A program made the translations under genes and the position numbers. Source: Asterias rubens (Eukaryota). From it: a stretch of DNA of 64,000 nt. Location: the NCBI RefSeq assembly GCF_902459465.1, contig NC_047076.1, positions 13,268,001-13,332,000 on the forward strand. Direction: 5' to 3'. Under the pieces are notes generated by a model. That model saw only the letters and a program-made list of their open reading frames with translations. It searched no databases and had not been told where the DNA came from. This document shows positions 61,500 through 64,000 of this stretch, in pieces (position 1 is the stretch's first letter; each line of letters opens with the position of its first letter).

Positions 61500-63383
61500 T
61501 TTCATTTTATCACAGCATGCAAAAGAAAGATCTCATTTTCCTTTGTGCCGGTAACTCCTCGAGCCGGGCTACGTCCCGTAGCCTTAGATCTCAAGGGTCT
61601 TTCTCAGGATCCTCGCTGTTCCCAAAAGCGCTGCCTTCTGTAATAGATCTACCCTCACATTTGTCCCTATTTCATCTAGATGTTTCCCCAGTGCTTTGGG
61701 AATGGTGCCAAGTGCTCCAACCACCACGGGGACTACTTTTACCTTTACCTGCCAAATCTTACGAAGTTCCCTGGCCAGGTCCTGGTACTTCTCGATCTTT
61801 TCCATCTCCTTCGAAGCTACCCTTATATCACCTGGCACAGCTATGTCAATGAGATGACACATCTTCTTCGTCTTATCTAATAGCACAACATCCGGACGCC
61901 TATGTTGTATAACATGATCGGTCTGAATGTTAAAGTCCCATAGGATCTTGACCTGGTCGTTCTCTACAACTTTCTCCGGAACATGGTCGTACCATTTCGC
62001 AAGTACTTTGACACCATACTTCTTACACAGATCCCAGTGAATCACCTTGGCCAGCTTGTCATGTCTTCCTTTGTACTCCGTCTGGGCCATCTTACTGCAT
62101 TCGCTAACAATATGAAATACAGTCTCCTCTGCTTTATTGCACATTCTACACATAGGAGAGGACGTTTGCTTTCTCTATCCTTGCCTTCATTACATTTGTC
62201 CTTAGAGACTGGTCTTGCGCCGCAGTAATCAAGCCCTCTGTTTCCTTCTTTAGTTCGCCACTCTTTAACCAATTCCATGACTTGCTGCTGGCCACTTCCT
62301 CAGTACACCTCAAGAACCGGCCATGAAGTGGTTTGTTCCTCCAATCTTGATGTCTTTCCTCCTTCCTTTCCCTCTTGTACTCTTTCGGCCCAACTTCGTC
62401 TGCCCTCGTGTACCTTTGTGCAACTTTCAACAAGCTCTCCTCGGTCCTTCTGACATGACAATGCAAGCTTCTGCACTCGATGTTAACACTGTCCGCCACG
62501 CTAAGCAACCCCCTTCCGCCCTCTGACCTCGGAAGATAGAGTCTACTAACATTTGACCGCGGGTGTAGCATGCCATGCATGGTCATTAGTTTTCTTGTCC
62601 TCCTGTCAGTGACATCTAGATCTTCCTTAGTCCACTCGACAATACCCGCACTGTACCTCATCAAAGACACGGCCCATGTGTTAATCGCCTTAATCATGTT
62701 CCCCCCGTTTAGTTTAGACTTCAAACATTTCTTTACACGCCTGATGTATTCTGCCTTCAGCCTTACCTTTGATTCCTTGTGAAGGACATGGTCCGATTCA
62801 AGTACACCAAGATACCGATAACTCTCCTCCTCACCCAAAGCCCTCAACTGTGCACCATCTGGCAGAGCAATGCCATCGGAATGTACCCTCTTCCCCCTCT
62901 TCATGGTCATTGAAGCACATTTCTCCAGACCGAACTGCATCCCAATGTCATCACTGAAAATCCTGACGGTCTGCACCAAAGAGTCGATCTCGGCCTCATT
63001 CTTCGCAAACAACTTCAAATCGTCCATAAAAAGCAGATGGTTGATCTTACATCCGTCCTTCTTCATTACATAACCTGCACTCACCTTCCTTAGAATCATC
63101 GACAGGGGCATCATCGCAAGAACAAACAGCAGCGGAGACAGAGAGTCACCTTGGAAAATACCTCTTCTTATGCATACCTTGCCCAGATTATCATCGTTGG
63201 CTGTCAGATTTGTTCGCCACGTCTTCATGCTCTCACCTAAAAGACGTTTTACTGCATCAGCCACTCCAACCATATCCAGACATTCCATTATCCATGTGTG
63301 CGATACCATGTCATACGCCTTCTTGTAGTCAATCCACGCCATTGCCAAATTAGTCTTTCTGCTCCTGCAGTCCTTCAGTACAG
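61500..63383 (-). mobile_element. Non-LTR retrotransposon of the RLE group (R4/Dong-like): RT, CCHC zinc knuckle and PD-(D/E)xK endonuclease. The 5' part is lost in a gap
   Basis: ORF 63348-62146 contains WIDYKKAYD, RGIFQGDSLSPLLF, HLLFMDDLKL and YRYLGV. ORF 62153-61584 contains CRMC..ETVFHIVSEC, RHD, WDFNIQTD..RRPDVV..IDIAVP..KIEKY. A single +1 frameshift separates them. The 3' UTR ends in (TAA)7. Confidence 0.92.
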
Positions 63384-63704
63384 NNNNNNNNNNNNNNNNN
63401 NNNNNNNNNNNNNNNNNNNNNNNNNNNNNNNNNNNNNNNNNNNNNNNNNNNNNNNNNNNNNNNNNNNNNNNNNNNNNNNNNNNNNNNNNNNNNNNNNNNN
63501 NNNNNNNNNNNNNNNNNNNNNNNNNNNNNNNNNNNNNNNNNNNNNNNNNNNNNNNNNNNNNNNNNNNNNNNNNNNNNNNNNNNNNNNNNNNNNNNNNNNN
63601 NNNNNNNNNNNNNNNNNNNNNNNNNNNNNNNNNNNNNNNNNNNNNNNNNNNNNNNNNNNNNNNNNNNNNNNNNNNNNNNNNNNNNNNNNNNNNNNNNNNN
63701 NNNN
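63384..63704. other. Assembly gap (N run)
   Basis: Ns in the sequence. Confidence 1.
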
Positions 63705-63734
63705 AGGGTAAAAAAAATGTGCCGAATCCTTAGT

Positions 63735-64000
63735 CTTACTGCTTAAAGGTTCGGTCACTGTTGCTTGGCGAACCCATGCTGGGTACCGAACTTTCTTGAA
63801 AGAATCATTCGGATATTTTGAGAAAGTGATGGTAAGACGTCTTAGTGTTTATCATCTCTCTGTCGATCGAGGGAAGAACAACCTGTGCCCAGTCCTTAGA
63901 CTTACTGCTAAAAGGTTCGGTCACTGTTGTTTGGCGAACCCATGCTGGGTAGTCCGAACTTTCTTGATTCATTTGGATATTTGAAAAAGTGATGGTAAGA
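63735..64000 (+). repeat. ~165-bp tandem repeat (..AAAGGTTCGGTCACTGTTG..GGCGAACCC..). Another unit at ~60840-60930
   Basis: Units occur on both sides of the R4-like element and the gaps. Confidence 0.75.

Overview
Eukaryotic, intron-containing, AT-rich, repeat-dense genomic DNA with three scaffold gaps. It is most likely an echinoderm (starfish), inferred from the MITE/SINE families and protein styles and not verified. I reconstructed six intact protein-coding genes. (1-2) Two tandem 7-exon paralogs (5414-10786 and 15721-20561, +) encode signal peptide + two transcobalamin-beta/DUF4430-like domains + a GPI-anchor-type C-terminus. They look like cell-surface vitamin B12-binding proteins with no alpha domain, and each has a kappaB-consensus site about 200 bp upstream. 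(3-5) Three 4-exon secreted fibrinogen-related (FReD) genes have unusual appendages: a (PGSG)14 spacer in one, Cys-rich N-termini in all three, and an acidic/basic tail in one. There are also two orphan FReD terminal-exon fragments. (6) An intronless class A GPCR sits directly behind a tandem B-box array. Also present are an intronic tRNA-Leu(AAG), a young R4/Dong-clade RLE retrotransposon in a TAA tract, a roughly 10-kb segmental duplication and many MITEs, SINEs and minisatellites. The main candidate novelty is the GPI-anchored double-beta-domain cobalamin-binder pair inside a FReD (innate immune lectin) cluster. All family assignments are by eye, with no database searches run.
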